NCBI GenBank assembly: GCA_965215565.1
Contig: CBDCDZ010000004.1
Location: 2,272,001-2,336,000 of the forward strand
Length of the DNA: 64,000 nt
Origin: Trueperaceae bacterium
GTDB taxonomy: Bacteria; Deinococcota; Deinococci; Deinococcales; Trueperaceae
Direction: 5' to 3'
Part shown: piece by piece, positions 1 through 10,019 of the stretch
Layout of the letters: each line of letters starts with the position of its first letter
Position numbering within the stretch: position 1 is the stretch's first letter
The notes under the pieces: generated by a model
Seen by the model: the letters and a program-made list of their open reading frames with translations, nothing else
Told to the model about the DNA's origin: nothing
Database searches by the model: none
Position numbers and translations under genes: made by a program

Positions 1-39
1 CTCGAGGCGCGTGTTCGAGTTTATCCGGGAGGACGCTTT

Positions 40-429
40 ATGAGCGAACGCCGTTTCATCACCCAGGGTCTGGGCTTGCCCCGCTGGAGCAACCCTATCA
101 GCCACGCAGTCGTGGTAGGAAAGACCTGCTACGTCAGCGGACAGCTTTCTGTGAGCGAAGCAGGCGAATATGTTGCTGGAAGCTACCGAGAGGAAGCAGA
201 AAGAGCCTTCTCTAACTTCTTCGCTGCGCTCGGCGCGGCTGGGTTTTCTCGAGACGAAGTCGTCTTTATCGATATCGCCTTTGCGGACCTCGCGCAACTC
301 GGTGAGGTCAACGACCTCTTCATCGACCTCTTCCCCGAAGGACGCCGACCCGCTAGGACGATTTACGAAGCGGCGGCGCTCCCTTTCGGCGGCAAAGTCA
401 AGGTGACGGGCACGGCAGTTAAAGATTAG
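40..429 (+). CDS. RidA/YjgF/UK114 family protein
   Basis: 129 aa; 'PISHAVVVGKTCYVSGQL', 'RPARTI...LPFGGKVKV' RidA-like motifs; GGAGG SD upstream. Confidence 0.85.
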   Translation: MSERRFITQGLGLPRWSNPISHAVVVGKTCYVSGQLSVSEAGEYVAGSYREEAERAFSNFFAALGAAGFSRDEVVFIDIAFADLAQLGEVNDLFIDLFPEGRRPARTIYEAAALPFGGKVKVTGTAVKD

Positions 430-574
430 CCCTGTGAATAGCGTCAGACGTACGTCGAAGAGGCAAACGAGTAGGCAGTGATAGAACGTAGAGATGACGC
501 AAGATGAAGAATCTATGAGCTGCGCGTGCGCTCTGAACAGCCGCCTTGTACGGCGGCTTGCTAGACTGAGATTC

Positions 575-1126
575 ATGCTCCGACTTAGTTTACTTAGCCT
601 CACGCTGCTCGCCCTTCTTGCGGGATGCGCGCCGAGCACATTTTCCAGCGTGCAGAGCGTCCCGCCGCCCCAGGTGGACGCCGACGCCTGGGAGCGCCTC
701 ACCTACAGTATGGGGGACGACCTGGCCTCCTCGAGCCTCCGCGAAGGCGCGCTCAGCCTCCAACCGGTGCGCCTCACCGACGAGGGCGAGAGCTACCGCC
801 TGCGCGTGGACTACTGGGGCGACACTTGGCTTCTGATTCCGCCCGGTCCCTCCTTACGCCTCACTATAGACGGACGCCCGTTGGTGCTTTCGGGTTTAGG
901 CAGCAGCGGCGGGCGCGGCGTGCGCACCATCAGCGCCTACGCCAGACGCTATGAGCGCGCGGAATATCCGGTCTCTTTAGACCTACTTGGGCAACTCAGC
1001 CAGGCGAATATCGTCGGCGTGACGGTGACGGGCTCGAGGGACTTAGAGCGCATCTTAGACCGGCGCGACCTGGAGCGCTTCGTCACCTTTTACACGCAGG
1101 TCAGCGCGACGAGCCAGCGGAAGTAG
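575..1126 (+). CDS. hypothetical lipoprotein
   Basis: Start moved to ATG 575 (TAGACT hexamer 7 nt upstream); signal peptide with lipobox LLAGC. Confidence 0.65.
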   Translation: MLRLSLLSLTLLALLAGCAPSTFSSVQSVPPPQVDADAWERLTYSMGDDLASSSLREGALSLQPVRLTDEGESYRLRVDYWGDTWLLIPPGPSLRLTIDGRPLVLSGLGSSGGRGVRTISAYARRYERAEYPVSLDLLGQLSQANIVGVTVTGSRDLERILDRRDLERFVTFYTQVSATSQRK

Positions 1127-1269
1127 CATTACCGCGTTCTTCGCGCATAGCGGACTTTGAGTCCACAGCGGCACGCCCAATTTGCCAACTTTTTGCTATA
1201 GTCAGCTTAGCGTATGTGAACGTCAGTAACCGAGTTGCAAAAGATGTAGCGCCGAAGTGAGGTAGCCCG

Positions 1270-2526
1270 ATGACCGTAACCGAACCCAAACCCAACACCT
1301 TACATATCAGCACCGCAGAGCGCGACGACGCGCTCTTCTCCCTCATCGACCAGGAATACGCGCGTCAGCGTGACGGCTTAGAACTCATCGCCTCGGAGAA
1401 CTTCACCTCGCAGGCGGTGATGGAAGCCGTCGGCAGCGTCCTGACCAACAAATACGCCGAGGGCTACCCCGGCAAGCGCTACTACGGCGGCTGCGAAGTC
1501 GTGGATGAGGTCGAGCGCTTAGCGATTGACCGCGCCAAGGAACTCTTCGGTGCAGCCTGGGCGAACGTGCAACCGCACTCGGGCTCGACGGCGAACTTCG
1601 TCATCTTCCACACCTTTTTGGAGCCCGGCGATACCATCATGGGCATGGACCTCTCACACGGCGGTCACTTGACGCACGGCAGCCCCGTCAACCTCTCGGG
1701 CATCCTCTTCAACGTCGTCTCTTACGGTGTGGACGAAGAGACCGAGCGCATTGACTACGAGGCGGCGCGAGAACTCGCCAAAGAACACAAACCGAAGCTC
1801 ATCATCTGCGGCGCAACGGCGTACAGCCGCGAGGTAGATTTTGCGAAGTTCCGCGAGATCGCTGACGAAGTCGGCGCGACTTTACTCGCGGATGTCTCAC
1901 ACATCTCTGGGCTCATCGCGGGCGGCGTCCACCCGAGCCCGCTGCCCCACGCGCACGTCACCATGACGACGACGCACAAGAGCTTGCGTGGTCCGCGCAG
2001 CGCCATCATTCTCTCCAACGACGAGGAGATCGGCAAGCGCATCGACAAGATGATCTTCCCCGGCTCACAGGGCGGACCCTTAGAACACGTCGTCGCAGGC
2101 AAAGCCGTGGCGTTCTTTGAAGCCCTCCAGCCCGAATTCAAGACCTACGCGCAGCAGATTGTCAAAAACGCGCAGGCACTCGCGAGCGCCCTTCAGGAGA
2201 GAGGCTACCGCGTCGTCTCAGGCGGCACGGACAACCACAACTTCCTCTTGGACCTCACGCCCAAAGACATGAGCGGTAAAAAGGCGCAGAACGTCCTCGA
2301 CGAAGCGGGCATCACCGTCAACAAAAACACCATCCCTTTCGACACGCGCTCGCCTTTCGTGACCTCGGGCGTCCGCATCGGCACGCCCGCCTTGACTACA
2401 AGAGGGATGAAAGAGGACGAGATGCGCACCGTCGCGGCGTTTATCGACCGGACGCTTTCGGGCGAGAGCCCCGAGACGATTCGCGCCGAGGTTAAAGCGT
2501 TCGCTCAGCAATATCCGATGCCCTAA
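1270..2526 (+). CDS. glyA: serine hydroxymethyltransferase
   Basis: [37 protein letters not shown]-lysine motif. Confidence 0.98.
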   Translation: MTVTEPKPNTLHISTAERDDALFSLIDQEYARQRDGLELIASENFTSQAVMEAVGSVLTNKYAEGYPGKRYYGGCEVVDEVERLAIDRAKELFGAAWANVQPHSGSTANFVIFHTFLEPGDTIMGMDLSHGGHLTHGSPVNLSGILFNVVSYGVDEETERIDYEAARELAKEHKPKLIICGATAYSREVDFAKFREIADEVGATLLADVSHISGLIAGGVHPSPLPHAHVTMTTTHKSLRGPRSAIILSNDEEIGKRIDKMIFPGSQGGPLEHVVAGKAVAFFEALQPEFKTYAQQIVKNAQALASALQERGYRVVSGGTDNHNFLLDLTPKDMSGKKAQNVLDEAGITVNKNTIPFDTRSPFVTSGVRIGTPALTTRGMKEDEMRTVAAFIDRTLSGESPETIRAEVKAFAQQYPMP

Positions 2527-2527
2527 A

Positions 2528-2611
2528 AGCAGTTGAAAGCAACGAGCAATGAGTTGAAAGTAAAAGTCAAAGACCTTTAACTCATTGCTCATTGCTCGGA
2601 ACTCATTGCTC
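2528..2611. repeat. mirrored heptamer (GAGCAAT/ATTGCTC) intergenic element, copy 1
   Basis: AGCAA(T/C)G-type units followed by reverse-complement CTCATTG units; can form a hairpin. Confidence 0.85.
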
Positions 2612-2613
2612 TT

Positions 2614-3255
2614 ATGATGTTTGAGTTGGATCATTTAGTCGTTGCGGCGCGAGACTTGGACGAGGGTACTGCTTTCGTCCAGGACCTTCTAGGTATGCCG
2701 CTAGAACCTGGCGGCAAACACACCGCAATGGGGACGCACAACTGTCTGCTCAACTTGGGAGATGGGGCGTACTTAGAGGTCATCACCACTGACCCAGACG
2801 CACCTGCCCCTGATAGACCCCATTGGTTTGGTATGGATACGCAAGAGGTTAAACGAAAGTTAGAAGCGGGACCGATACTGCTTCATTGGGTGGCTCGAGC
2901 GAAAAAAGATATCACTCTTCAAAATACCGACATTTCCGAGGACATCTTCGGGCGCGTCACGCCGATGCAGCGCGGCGACCTGAACTGGCTCATCACGGTT
3001 CCTGATGACGGGCATCTGCCGGGAGACGGCGTCATCCCGACGCTCATTGATTGGGGCGGTGCGCCGCACCCGACGACGAAGTTGCCAGATAGAGGGCTGA
3101 AGCTCGTTCAGCTACGCGGGTTCCATCCGAGACCGGGAGAGGTGAGAGGCGTGCTTGCTGAGTTGGGTTTGGAAGGGGTTATCGAGCTTTGCGAGGGTGA
3201 GGTAGGGCTCGAGGCTGACACCAAAACATCGAACGGCGTTGTGACGCTCCGGTAG
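2614..3255 (+). CDS. VOC family (glyoxalase-like) protein
   Basis: LDHLVVAA, GGKHTAMGTHNCLL, YLEVI motifs. Confidence 0.85.
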   Translation: MMFELDHLVVAARDLDEGTAFVQDLLGMPLEPGGKHTAMGTHNCLLNLGDGAYLEVITTDPDAPAPDRPHWFGMDTQEVKRKLEAGPILLHWVARAKKDITLQNTDISEDIFGRVTPMQRGDLNWLITVPDDGHLPGDGVIPTLIDWGGAPHPTTKLPDRGLKLVQLRGFHPRPGEVRGVLAELGLEGVIELCEGEVGLEADTKTSNGVVTLR

Positions 3256-3348
3256 GTATGATTCAGCGATACATAACGTGCTCCTACGCTGTCCGCATCA
3301 TACTCGAGCTTTGCGCTTATCCGTTGGCTGTAAGAAGTTTCAGTACCA

Positions 3349-3400
3349 AGCTATCAGCCGTTAGCGTTTAGCTGTTAGCAAAGGATTTTTGGCTAATACC
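3349..3400. repeat. 7-nt-periodic AGC(T/C/G)NTT-type short repeat
   Basis: agctatc agccgtt agcgttt agctgtt agc followed by a partial mirror (gctaata). Confidence 0.5.
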
Positions 3401-3464
3401 TAAGCGCTTTGAGTTGAGACACTGCGCTTGGAACGGCGTGATGTGTTCTTGCAAGACCTGAGTA

Positions 3465-4697
3465 TCACCCCTTTACTTTCGCATGATGCTTTCCTAGAAT
3501 CACATACGCTAGAGCTGCCCCAGGCAGCAAAAAAGCGTATCCGATCAAGATCGCAGGCGTGAGCCCGAGCGCGCTCTGGAGCGCGCCCATCCCCAGGTAG
3601 AGCACGCCCGCCGTGCCCCACGTCAACCCCATCAGCATCCCCGACGCGGTGGCCACCGCGTGCGGCGCGAGGTCTTGCGCGCTCACGACTAAAAGCGGAA
3701 TCGCCGCGTTCGCCATCAAACCGGCGAGCGCCACATTGACGAAGAAGAGGGCTGAGCCCGTCGGTACGAAGAGCGTGGTTGCCATCAAGGGTAGCGCCAA
3801 GAGGATGCTGCCGACGACCAACAAGCGGCGGCTCACCTTGTCATCTAGCGCACCTGAAATCACCACGCCTAAAGCCGCCGCCGCGTTATAAACGCCCAAC
3901 GTCCAACCGATCATCACGCTGTCGCGTGCAAATCCTTGCGCGACCAACCAAAGCGGCATCGCGTTGAGAAAGGTGACGTACGCGAGCGAACGCAGTACGC
4001 CCACCGCGCAGAGCACGCCGATGGGTCCCATGAAGAGGTCTAAGTCGAAGAGTTTGGAGCGCTTGTGTGCGGGCGACCGCTCTTGAGGCGGCGCGAAAAG
4101 GAGGAGCACCAGCCCGATGAGCACGCCCGGAACCGCGAGGTAGGGCACCGCACCCGTGCCGTAGTTGGCAATCACCGCCAGCACGACCACAGGCGCAACC
4201 GCCGAGCCGAAGGGTCCGCCCGCCGTAAAGACGCCGACGCTCAGCCCCTCGCGCCGACTCGCCGCTCTCACCATCGAACTCGCCGCCGGGTGAAACGCCG
4301 CCGAGCCGAGCCCACCCACTGCCAAGAGGAGCACCAGCACCCACACGCTCGGCGCAACCGCCAAGAGGCTCATCAAAACCGAACCCACGATGAGCCCGAG
4401 CGCCGCTAATCGCCGTTTGCCCCAGCGGTCCGAAAGCGCGCCCATGACGGGTTGCAGCACGTTCGATGAGATAGAGACCACCGCGACGAAGCTCGCCAGG
4501 GCCGTTTCGCTCAGGGTAAAGCGAGCTTGCAGCGTCGGCAGCAAGACCGACAAGATGTTGGCGAAGGCGTCGTTGGCGCTGTGCGCGAGGACCAAGAGGA
4601 GCGAGAGCCCCGTGCCCGTGATGACGGTACTGCGGCTCGAAACGTCCCCACTAGATTGTGCAGCTTCGGCAGATTTTGTAATGGACTTAGGGGGCAT
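3465..4697 (-). CDS. MFS transporter (Fsr-like)
   Basis: About 12 TM segments; 'GALSDRWGKR' MFS motif A; 'AHSANDAF', 'AAFHPAA'; start at ATG 4697 suggested by an adjacent TAAAGT hexamer. Confidence 0.85.
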   Translation of the reverse strand: MPPKSITKSAEAAQSSGDVSSRSTVITGTGLSLLLVLAHSANDAFANILSVLLPTLQARFTLSETALASFVAVVSISSNVLQPVMGALSDRWGKRRLAALGLIVGSVLMSLLAVAPSVWVLVLLLAVGGLGSAAFHPAASSMVRAASRREGLSVGVFTAGGPFGSAVAPVVVLAVIANYGTGAVPYLAVPGVLIGLVLLLFAPPQERSPAHKRSKLFDLDLFMGPIGVLCAVGVLRSLAYVTFLNAMPLWLVAQGFARDSVMIGWTLGVYNAAAALGVVISGALDDKVSRRLLVVGSILLALPLMATTLFVPTGSALFFVNVALAGLMANAAIPLLVVSAQDLAPHAVATASGMLMGLTWGTAGVLYLGMGALQSALGLTPAILIGYAFLLPGAALAYVILGKHHAKVKG

Positions 4698-4793
4698 AAA
4701 ACACTTTACGGCGGTAGAGAGGTGGAGCATGAAGGTCAAGCGTCATTGCAGTATAAAGCTCGAGACCCTGCCCAAAACCTCTAAGGTGTAAAT

Positions 4794-5294
4794 GTGGACG
4801 TAACCTACCGCAAGCTGCTACCTGCTGACGCGAAGCGCTACCGAGCTGTTAGGTTGGAAAGCTTGCAGCAGCACCCCGAGAGCTTCTGCGCCAACGTTGA
4901 AGAACAAAGAGCGCTTCCAGAGTTGAGATTTGAGACGTTCATTAAACAGCGCGACCCCCGTCACTTCATCGTAGGCGCGTTCAGCCGGGGCGACCTTATC
5001 GGCATCTGCGGCTTCGCGGAAGATGACGCTGCGCCAAAAGGAACTGGAACGCTCATTCAGATGTACGTTCGGAGCGCATTTGGCGGGCAAAAAGTCGGTC
5101 TGGGTCTCGTGCGAGCTACGCTCGGTGAGGCGTTCGCGCTACCAGAGATTGAGCGTGTAATGCTCGAGGTCAAAAAGGGCAACCGCCGCGCTGTTCACGT
5201 TTACGAGCAAACAGGATTTCTAACGGTTGACAGAGAAGAGAATGAGCCTACCCGTGACGACACTCGGCTTATGGTCATTCACGCTCAGCGTTAG
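4794..5294 (+). CDS. GNAT family N-acetyltransferase
   Basis: 'QMYVRSAFGGQKVGLGLV' motif A-like; 'GNRRAVHVYEQTGF'. Confidence 0.85.
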   Translation: MDVTYRKLLPADAKRYRAVRLESLQQHPESFCANVEEQRALPELRFETFIKQRDPRHFIVGAFSRGDLIGICGFAEDDAAPKGTGTLIQMYVRSAFGGQKVGLGLVRATLGEAFALPEIERVMLEVKKGNRRAVHVYEQTGFLTVDREENEPTRDDTRLMVIHAQR

Positions 5295-5397
5295 GGGTGC
5301 AAAAGCCGGTTCTAAGCCCAAAGTCCTAGCAGTACCTGGGGTTAAAGACCGATGGAACCTCCCCGGCAGGAGCCTAAACTCGAGCTAGGAGGTCATC

Positions 5398-5448
5398 ATG
5401 ACAGATCGAATTGGCAATTTCTTTGAACGGCGAAGAGGTCGCACGTGA
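5398..5448 (+). CDS. putative 16-aa leader/mini-ORF MTDRIGNFFERRRGRT
   Basis: Strong AGGAGG SD; stop TGA overlaps the SDR GTG start (GTGA). Confidence 0.4.
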   Translation: MTDRIGNFFERRRGRT

Positions 5449-6161
5449 GCCGGGTTGCCCTCGTCACCGGCTCGAGCCTCGGCTTAGGCTTTACTCTAGC
5501 GGACTTTTTGGCGGCGCAAGGCTACGACTTGGTGCTGACCGCGAGAAACGAAGAGGTTTTAGAGGATAGCGCAGCTAAGATTAGAGGCGCAGCAAGAGGT
5601 CGCGTGATCGCGCTTGCAGGCGACGTGAGCGAGGCGGCGCACCGGAAGGCGCTTATAGACAAAGTCGCAGAACTCGGCGGGCTGGACCTGCTCGTCAACA
5701 ACGCTTCGGATTTGGGACCGAGCCCGCTCCCTCATCTGAAAGATTATCCGCTGGAGAGGCTCGAGCGGCTCTACCACGTCAACGTCTTTGCACCGCTTGG
5801 GCTTATTCAAGGCGCGTTGCCTCTGCTCAGAGATGACGGGCTGATTGTGAACCTCTCCTCGGACGCGGCACGGGGCGCTTACGAGGGCTGGGGCGGGTAC
5901 GGGTCCAGCAAAGCCGCTTTGGACCTCTTGACCGCAACCCTCGTCAACGAAGGCGTGCGTGCGGTGAGCGTCGACCCCGGCGACATGCGCACCGCAATGC
6001 ACCAGGCCGCCTTTCCGGGCGAGGACATCTCAGACCGCCCGCTTCCCGAAGTGACGCTGCCTTTTTGGGCGTGGCTCTTGGGGCAAGACCCTAAAGAGGT
6101 CAGTGGAGGGCGCTTCCAGGCGCAAGGCGAGCGGTGGGAAGTGAAAGCGGTGTCGGCATGA
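5445..6161 (+). CDS. short-chain dehydrogenase/reductase
   Basis: TGSSLGLG, NNAS, YGSSK catalytic motif, DPGDMRT. Confidence 0.92.
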   Translation: MSRVALVTGSSLGLGFTLADFLAAQGYDLVLTARNEEVLEDSAAKIRGAARGRVIALAGDVSEAAHRKALIDKVAELGGLDLLVNNASDLGPSPLPHLKDYPLERLERLYHVNVFAPLGLIQGALPLLRDDGLIVNLSSDAARGAYEGWGGYGSSKAALDLLTATLVNEGVRAVSVDPGDMRTAMHQAAFPGEDISDRPLPEVTLPFWAWLLGQDPKEVSGGRFQAQGERWEVKAVSA

Positions 6162-7285
6162 AGTTAGCGGAGTTGGACTTCCCTAGACCGGCGGCCCTCC
6201 AAGCCACCGAGCCCGCCGAGTTTCGCCCGGACGTCAAAGCGCGCGACGGCGTGCGGCTCCTCGTCAGCGCGCAGGCGGGCGCACGGAGCACGCATCACCA
6301 CAGCCGCTTCGCGAATCTGGCGAACTTTTTAGACGTGGGCGATTTGCTCGTCGTGAACCGCAGCGCCACGCTCCCCGCGAGTTTGAGCGCCGAAGGGCGC
6401 GTCGGTCCTTTTATCCTCAACCTCTCGACGCGCTATAGCCTCGGAACGGGTGACACGAACGGTAGAGCGGAGGTGTGGCTCGCCGAACCGAGGTGGCGCT
6501 ATGACCGCCCCGGACCGCTGCCCCTTAAAGCAGGCGAGCCTATCCGCGTGGCAAATTTAGAAGCCACCTTGCTCCGACCTCACCCGGGGCTGCCGAGGCT
6601 GTGGTTCGTCAGGTTGGAAGGTGACGTGTCCGCCACCATGCAGCGTTACGGTGAGCCGATTCGCTACGGCTATGTGGAGAAACCCTACCCCCTCTCTACG
6701 TACCAAACCATTTTTGCCGATACGCCAGACACGACTACAGGTAGCGCTGAAATGCCCTCCGCCGCGCGACCTTTCAGCGAGAAAGTCTTGGCGTGTCTGA
6801 CGAATAAAGGCGTCGGGTTGGCGAAGATCACCCTCCACACGGGCGTGAGCAGCCTCGAGCTGACCGAAAACGACATCGAAAATCACACCCTCTTCGCCGA
6901 ACCCTTCGAAGTGACACAAGAGGTGGCTGACGCAGTGAACGAAACGAGGGCGAGAGGTCAGCGCGTGATTGCGGTGGGCACTACCGTCGTGCGGGCTTTG
7001 GAGTCGGCGTGGGACGGCGCTCGTAACGGTGGTGAGGTACGTTCGGCAAGAGGGTTCACGCGGCACTACGTCCATCCGGGGCGCGGTGTGGACGCGGTGG
7101 ACGGTCTCATCAGCGGCTTTCACGATCCCAAAGCGAGCCACTTGGCGATGCTCTACGCCTTGGCGGGCAGAGACCTCATCCGGGAGGCTTACGAGGAGGC
7201 GGTGAAAGCGGGCTACTTGTGGCACGAGTTCGGTGACAGTCACTTGATACTGCCCGAGAAGAGGTCTGAACGGAGTCCGGGGTGA
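6158..7285 (+). CDS. QueA-family paralog (SAM:tRNA ribosyltransferase-isomerase-like)
   Basis: GDLLVVN, YQTIFA, ITLHTG, VIAVGTTVVRALES are QueA-fold motifs, but several canonical motifs are replaced; ATGA overlap with the SDR. Confidence 0.85.
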   Translation: MKLAELDFPRPAALQATEPAEFRPDVKARDGVRLLVSAQAGARSTHHHSRFANLANFLDVGDLLVVNRSATLPASLSAEGRVGPFILNLSTRYSLGTGDTNGRAEVWLAEPRWRYDRPGPLPLKAGEPIRVANLEATLLRPHPGLPRLWFVRLEGDVSATMQRYGEPIRYGYVEKPYPLSTYQTIFADTPDTTTGSAEMPSAARPFSEKVLACLTNKGVGLAKITLHTGVSSLELTENDIENHTLFAEPFEVTQEVADAVNETRARGQRVIAVGTTVVRALESAWDGARNGGEVRSARGFTRHYVHPGRGVDAVDGLISGFHDPKASHLAMLYALAGRDLIREAYEEAVKAGYLWHEFGDSHLILPEKRSERSPG

Positions 7286-7689
7286 TTCAAGGGCTCGATC
7301 ACGCGGCCATCTGCGTTTCGGATATCGAGAAGTCGGTGGCGTTTTACCGCGACGTGTTGGGAATGCGAATGGTGGACTCGAGACCCCCCGAGACCTCCTC
7401 CTACCTCTGGCTCAACTTCGGTCCCGGTCAAACGCTCAACTTAACGCTCGCGCCCGAGCAAACACCGAAGGTATTAGCGGAAAAGACAGGACTCAACCTC
7501 TTTGCCCACCTCGCGTTTCGTGCGCCGAGAAACTTCTTGACGCAACTCAAACCTAAGCTCGAGCATCTCGGCGTGCTCAAACATGAGTCCGCTACCGGGC
7601 TCTACTTCACCGACCCTGACGGGAACTTTTTAGAGGTGACTTGCTGGCGCGAGCACGCACTTCAAGCGGCGGGGCAAGCGCACTGGTAA
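7282..7689 (+). CDS. VOC family protein
   Basis: LDHAAICVSD...FYRDVLG, HLAF, YFTDPDGNFLE. Confidence 0.88.
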   Translation: MIQGLDHAAICVSDIEKSVAFYRDVLGMRMVDSRPPETSSYLWLNFGPGQTLNLTLAPEQTPKVLAEKTGLNLFAHLAFRAPRNFLTQLKPKLEHLGVLKHESATGLYFTDPDGNFLEVTCWREHALQAAGQAHW

Positions 7690-7712
7690 GCTCAACATTA
7701 GGAAGGAACCTC

Positions 7713-8519
7713 ATGCCCAACTTCATCTGCATCACCTGCGGCACGCAGTTCGCCGAAACGCCCACGCCGCCCGAGCACTGCCCCATCTGTGAGGACGAGC
7801 GGCAGTACGTGAATCGCGAAGGGCAGAGGTGGACGATACTGAGCGATTTGCAGAAAGAGCATCGCAACCGGATAGAAAGGCTCGAGCCCAGCCTCACAGG
7901 TATCGGTACCAAGCCTAAGTTCGCCATCGGACAGCGAGCACTTTTGGTGCAAACGGCCGAGGGCAACCTCTTGTGGGACTGCGTCAGTCTAATTGACGAG
8001 ACGACGACTAAAGCGCTGAATGAGTTGGGCGGCGTACAAGGGATTGCGATTTCGCACCCACACTACTACAGCTCGGTAATTGAGTACGCCAGGGCCTTCC
8101 GCGCCCCCGTCTACCTCCACGCCGCCGACCGCGCGTGGGTCATGCGCTCCGGTGAAGAGACCCAGTTCTGGGACAGCGAAACAAAAGACCTCTTCGGCGG
8201 CTTGACGCTGCTGCGTTTAGGCGGACACTTCGCCGGGGGAACGGTGCTGCATTGGCGGGACGGCGCAGGCGGACGCGGCGCGCTCCTCACGGACGACATC
8301 ATCCAGGTGATTCCAGACAGGCGCTTTGTCAGCTTCATGTACAGCTATCCGAACCTCATCCCGCTGCCTGCCAGGAAGGTCAGGCATATTGCCGAAAGCG
8401 TCGAACCGCTCAAATTCACCCGCATCTACGGCGCTTGGTGGGACGCGGTAGTTGAAGAGGACGCGAAAGAGGCGGTGCGACGCTCGGCAGAGCGTTACAT
8501 TGGGGCGATTGAGCCGTGA
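7713..8519 (+). CDS. MBL-fold metallo-hydrolase with N-terminal CxxC...CxxC
   Basis: ICITCG...CPICEDERQY, ISHPHYY, GGHFAGG; GGAAGG SD. Confidence 0.85.
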   Translation: MPNFICITCGTQFAETPTPPEHCPICEDERQYVNREGQRWTILSDLQKEHRNRIERLEPSLTGIGTKPKFAIGQRALLVQTAEGNLLWDCVSLIDETTTKALNELGGVQGIAISHPHYYSSVIEYARAFRAPVYLHAADRAWVMRSGEETQFWDSETKDLFGGLTLLRLGGHFAGGTVLHWRDGAGGRGALLTDDIIQVIPDRRFVSFMYSYPNLIPLPARKVRHIAESVEPLKFTRIYGAWWDAVVEEDAKEAVRRSAERYIGAIEP

Positions 8520-8879
8520 TTGAGGCAAGTTTTGCGAGTTGGATGCAACGTTTGGGAGAACCGCGACGCCCAAGCTGCTGCCAACCTCTTCAGCGCGGGC
8601 GTACGCTATCAAGAAAATCCTTTCGACGAACCGCTTAGAGGGCGCGAAGAGGTCCAAAGGTATTGGCAAGAGATGATCGCGGGGCAAGAAGAGGTCAGCG
8701 TGTCGTTTGAAGCTATGGCAGTGACGGCTGAGCGAGCCGTGGTCAACTGGCAAACGCGCTACATGGATGTCGAGACTCGAGAACGAGCCGTAGTCAACGG
8801 CGTGAGCGTCGGAAGGTTTGGCAGCGAAGGGTTGTGTGAGGAGTGGCTCGAGTGGTGGCAAAAACGAAAGCAAGCGTAA
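8516..8879 (+). pseudogene. SnoaL/NTF2-like protein, apparently frameshifted near the 5' end
   Basis: GTG 8516 frame reads MIEASFASWMQRLGE; the +1 frame continues WENRDAQAAANLF...YQENPF...GREEV..YW...EWW. Confidence 0.55.
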
Positions 8880-8888
8880 GCTAAGAGG

Positions 8889-10019
8889 ATGCCAGATAAG
8901 CTCGAGCAGCGCTTAGAGGAACTCTCCACCTTGAACGCGGTAGGCGACATCTTAAACGCCGAAGGGGACTTTTCGGTAGCCGTTGAACAAGCTCTGGAAC
9001 GCCTCGTGGACCTCTTGGATTTGAAAGCGGGGTGGGTCTTTCTGACCCGCGTCTCGCAGGGCGACAGTCACAGAGGAAGTTTTCGAGTTGCTGCGGTGAC
9101 TGGGCTTCCCCCGGCACTAAGTCGTGACAACGCTGCACCTCTTTGCGGCGGCCTTTGTGACTGTCAGTGGCTCTTTAAGCAGGGCAAGTTGGACAAGGGC
9201 GTCAACATGGTGCACTGTAGCCGCTTAGAAGCGGCGACGGAGGATAAAGAGGGCTTGGAGCTTCACACCAGTATGCCGCTCTTGGGGCAGCGCGGTCCGG
9301 TGGGCATTCTCAACCTCGCCGCAACGGGGGAGGGGCGCTTCGACGCGGACACGCTCGCTTTTTTGACGACGGTGGGGCGGCAGTTGGGCACCGCGTTCGA
9401 GCGCTCCAAGCTGCAAACCGAACGGGAGCGAGAGGCGCGCTACGCCGCGACGCTAGAGGAGCGCCAACGCCTCGCCACCGAGATGCACGACTCGGTGGCG
9501 CAGCTTCTCTTCGGGGCGGAGTTGTCCCTCAGGGTGGCGCAAGAGGGACGGGGCGAGCAGCGCGAGCGTTCTTTAGTGAGGAGCAGCGAACTCGTGAGCA
9601 GCGCGCTGGGCGAACTGCGCGGCTTAGTCGAGGTCTTGCGCCCCGCCGACCTCTCGCAGGGCTTACCGAGTGCGCTCTCGCGTTTAGCGCAGCGCACGCA
9701 GGAGACGGGCGTGAGGGTGCACCTCGAGACCGAACCTCTCACCTTTTCGGACGCTCACGCCGAAGCCCTCTACCGCGCCGCCCAAGAAGCCCTCCACAAC
9801 GCGCTCAGGCACGCGGGCGCAGAAAATATCTGGATTCGTCTGCTGCGCGTCGGGCAAGAGGTCAAGCTGAGCATCGAGGATGACGGTCGAGGGCTAGATG
9901 AAGTTGAGTATGGACTTGGGCTCAGGAGCATAAAAGCGAGGGCTGAGTCACTTAGTGGGAGGCTCGAGCTGACCTCTTCTCAAGGTTTGCACCTCGAGGT
10001 CACCCTTCCTCATGGCTGA
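8889..10019 (+). CDS. soluble GAF-domain sensor histidine kinase (HisKA_3/NarX-type; AirS/YhcY-like)
   Basis: EERQRLATEMHDSVAQ H-box, QEALHNALRHA, IEDDGRG, GLGL; Cys cluster C-x3-CxC-x17-C in the GAF; no TM segment. Confidence 0.9.
   Translation: MPDKLEQRLEELSTLNAVGDILNAEGDFSVAVEQALERLVDLLDLKAGWVFLTRVSQGDSHRGSFRVAAVTGLPPALSRDNAAPLCGGLCDCQWLFKQGKLDKGVNMVHCSRLEAATEDKEGLELHTSMPLLGQRGPVGILNLAATGEGRFDADTLAFLTTVGRQLGTAFERSKLQTEREREARYAATLEERQRLATEMHDSVAQLLFGAELSLRVAQEGRGEQRERSLVRSSELVSSALGELRGLVEVLRPADLSQGLPSALSRLAQRTQETGVRVHLETEPLTFSDAHAEALYRAAQEALHNALRHAGAENIWIRLLRVGQEVKLSIEDDGRGLDEVEYGLGLRSIKARAESLSGRLELTSSQGLHLEVTLPHG

Noticed and set aside
1127..1269. ZTP or glycine riboswitch upstream of glyA
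   Set aside because: Consensus elements were not found.
6557..7243. Long antisense ORFs (this one, 8217..8873, 53396..54088, 55978..56562 and others)
   Set aside because: Shadow frames of well-supported genes in GC-rich DNA with no recognisable motifs.
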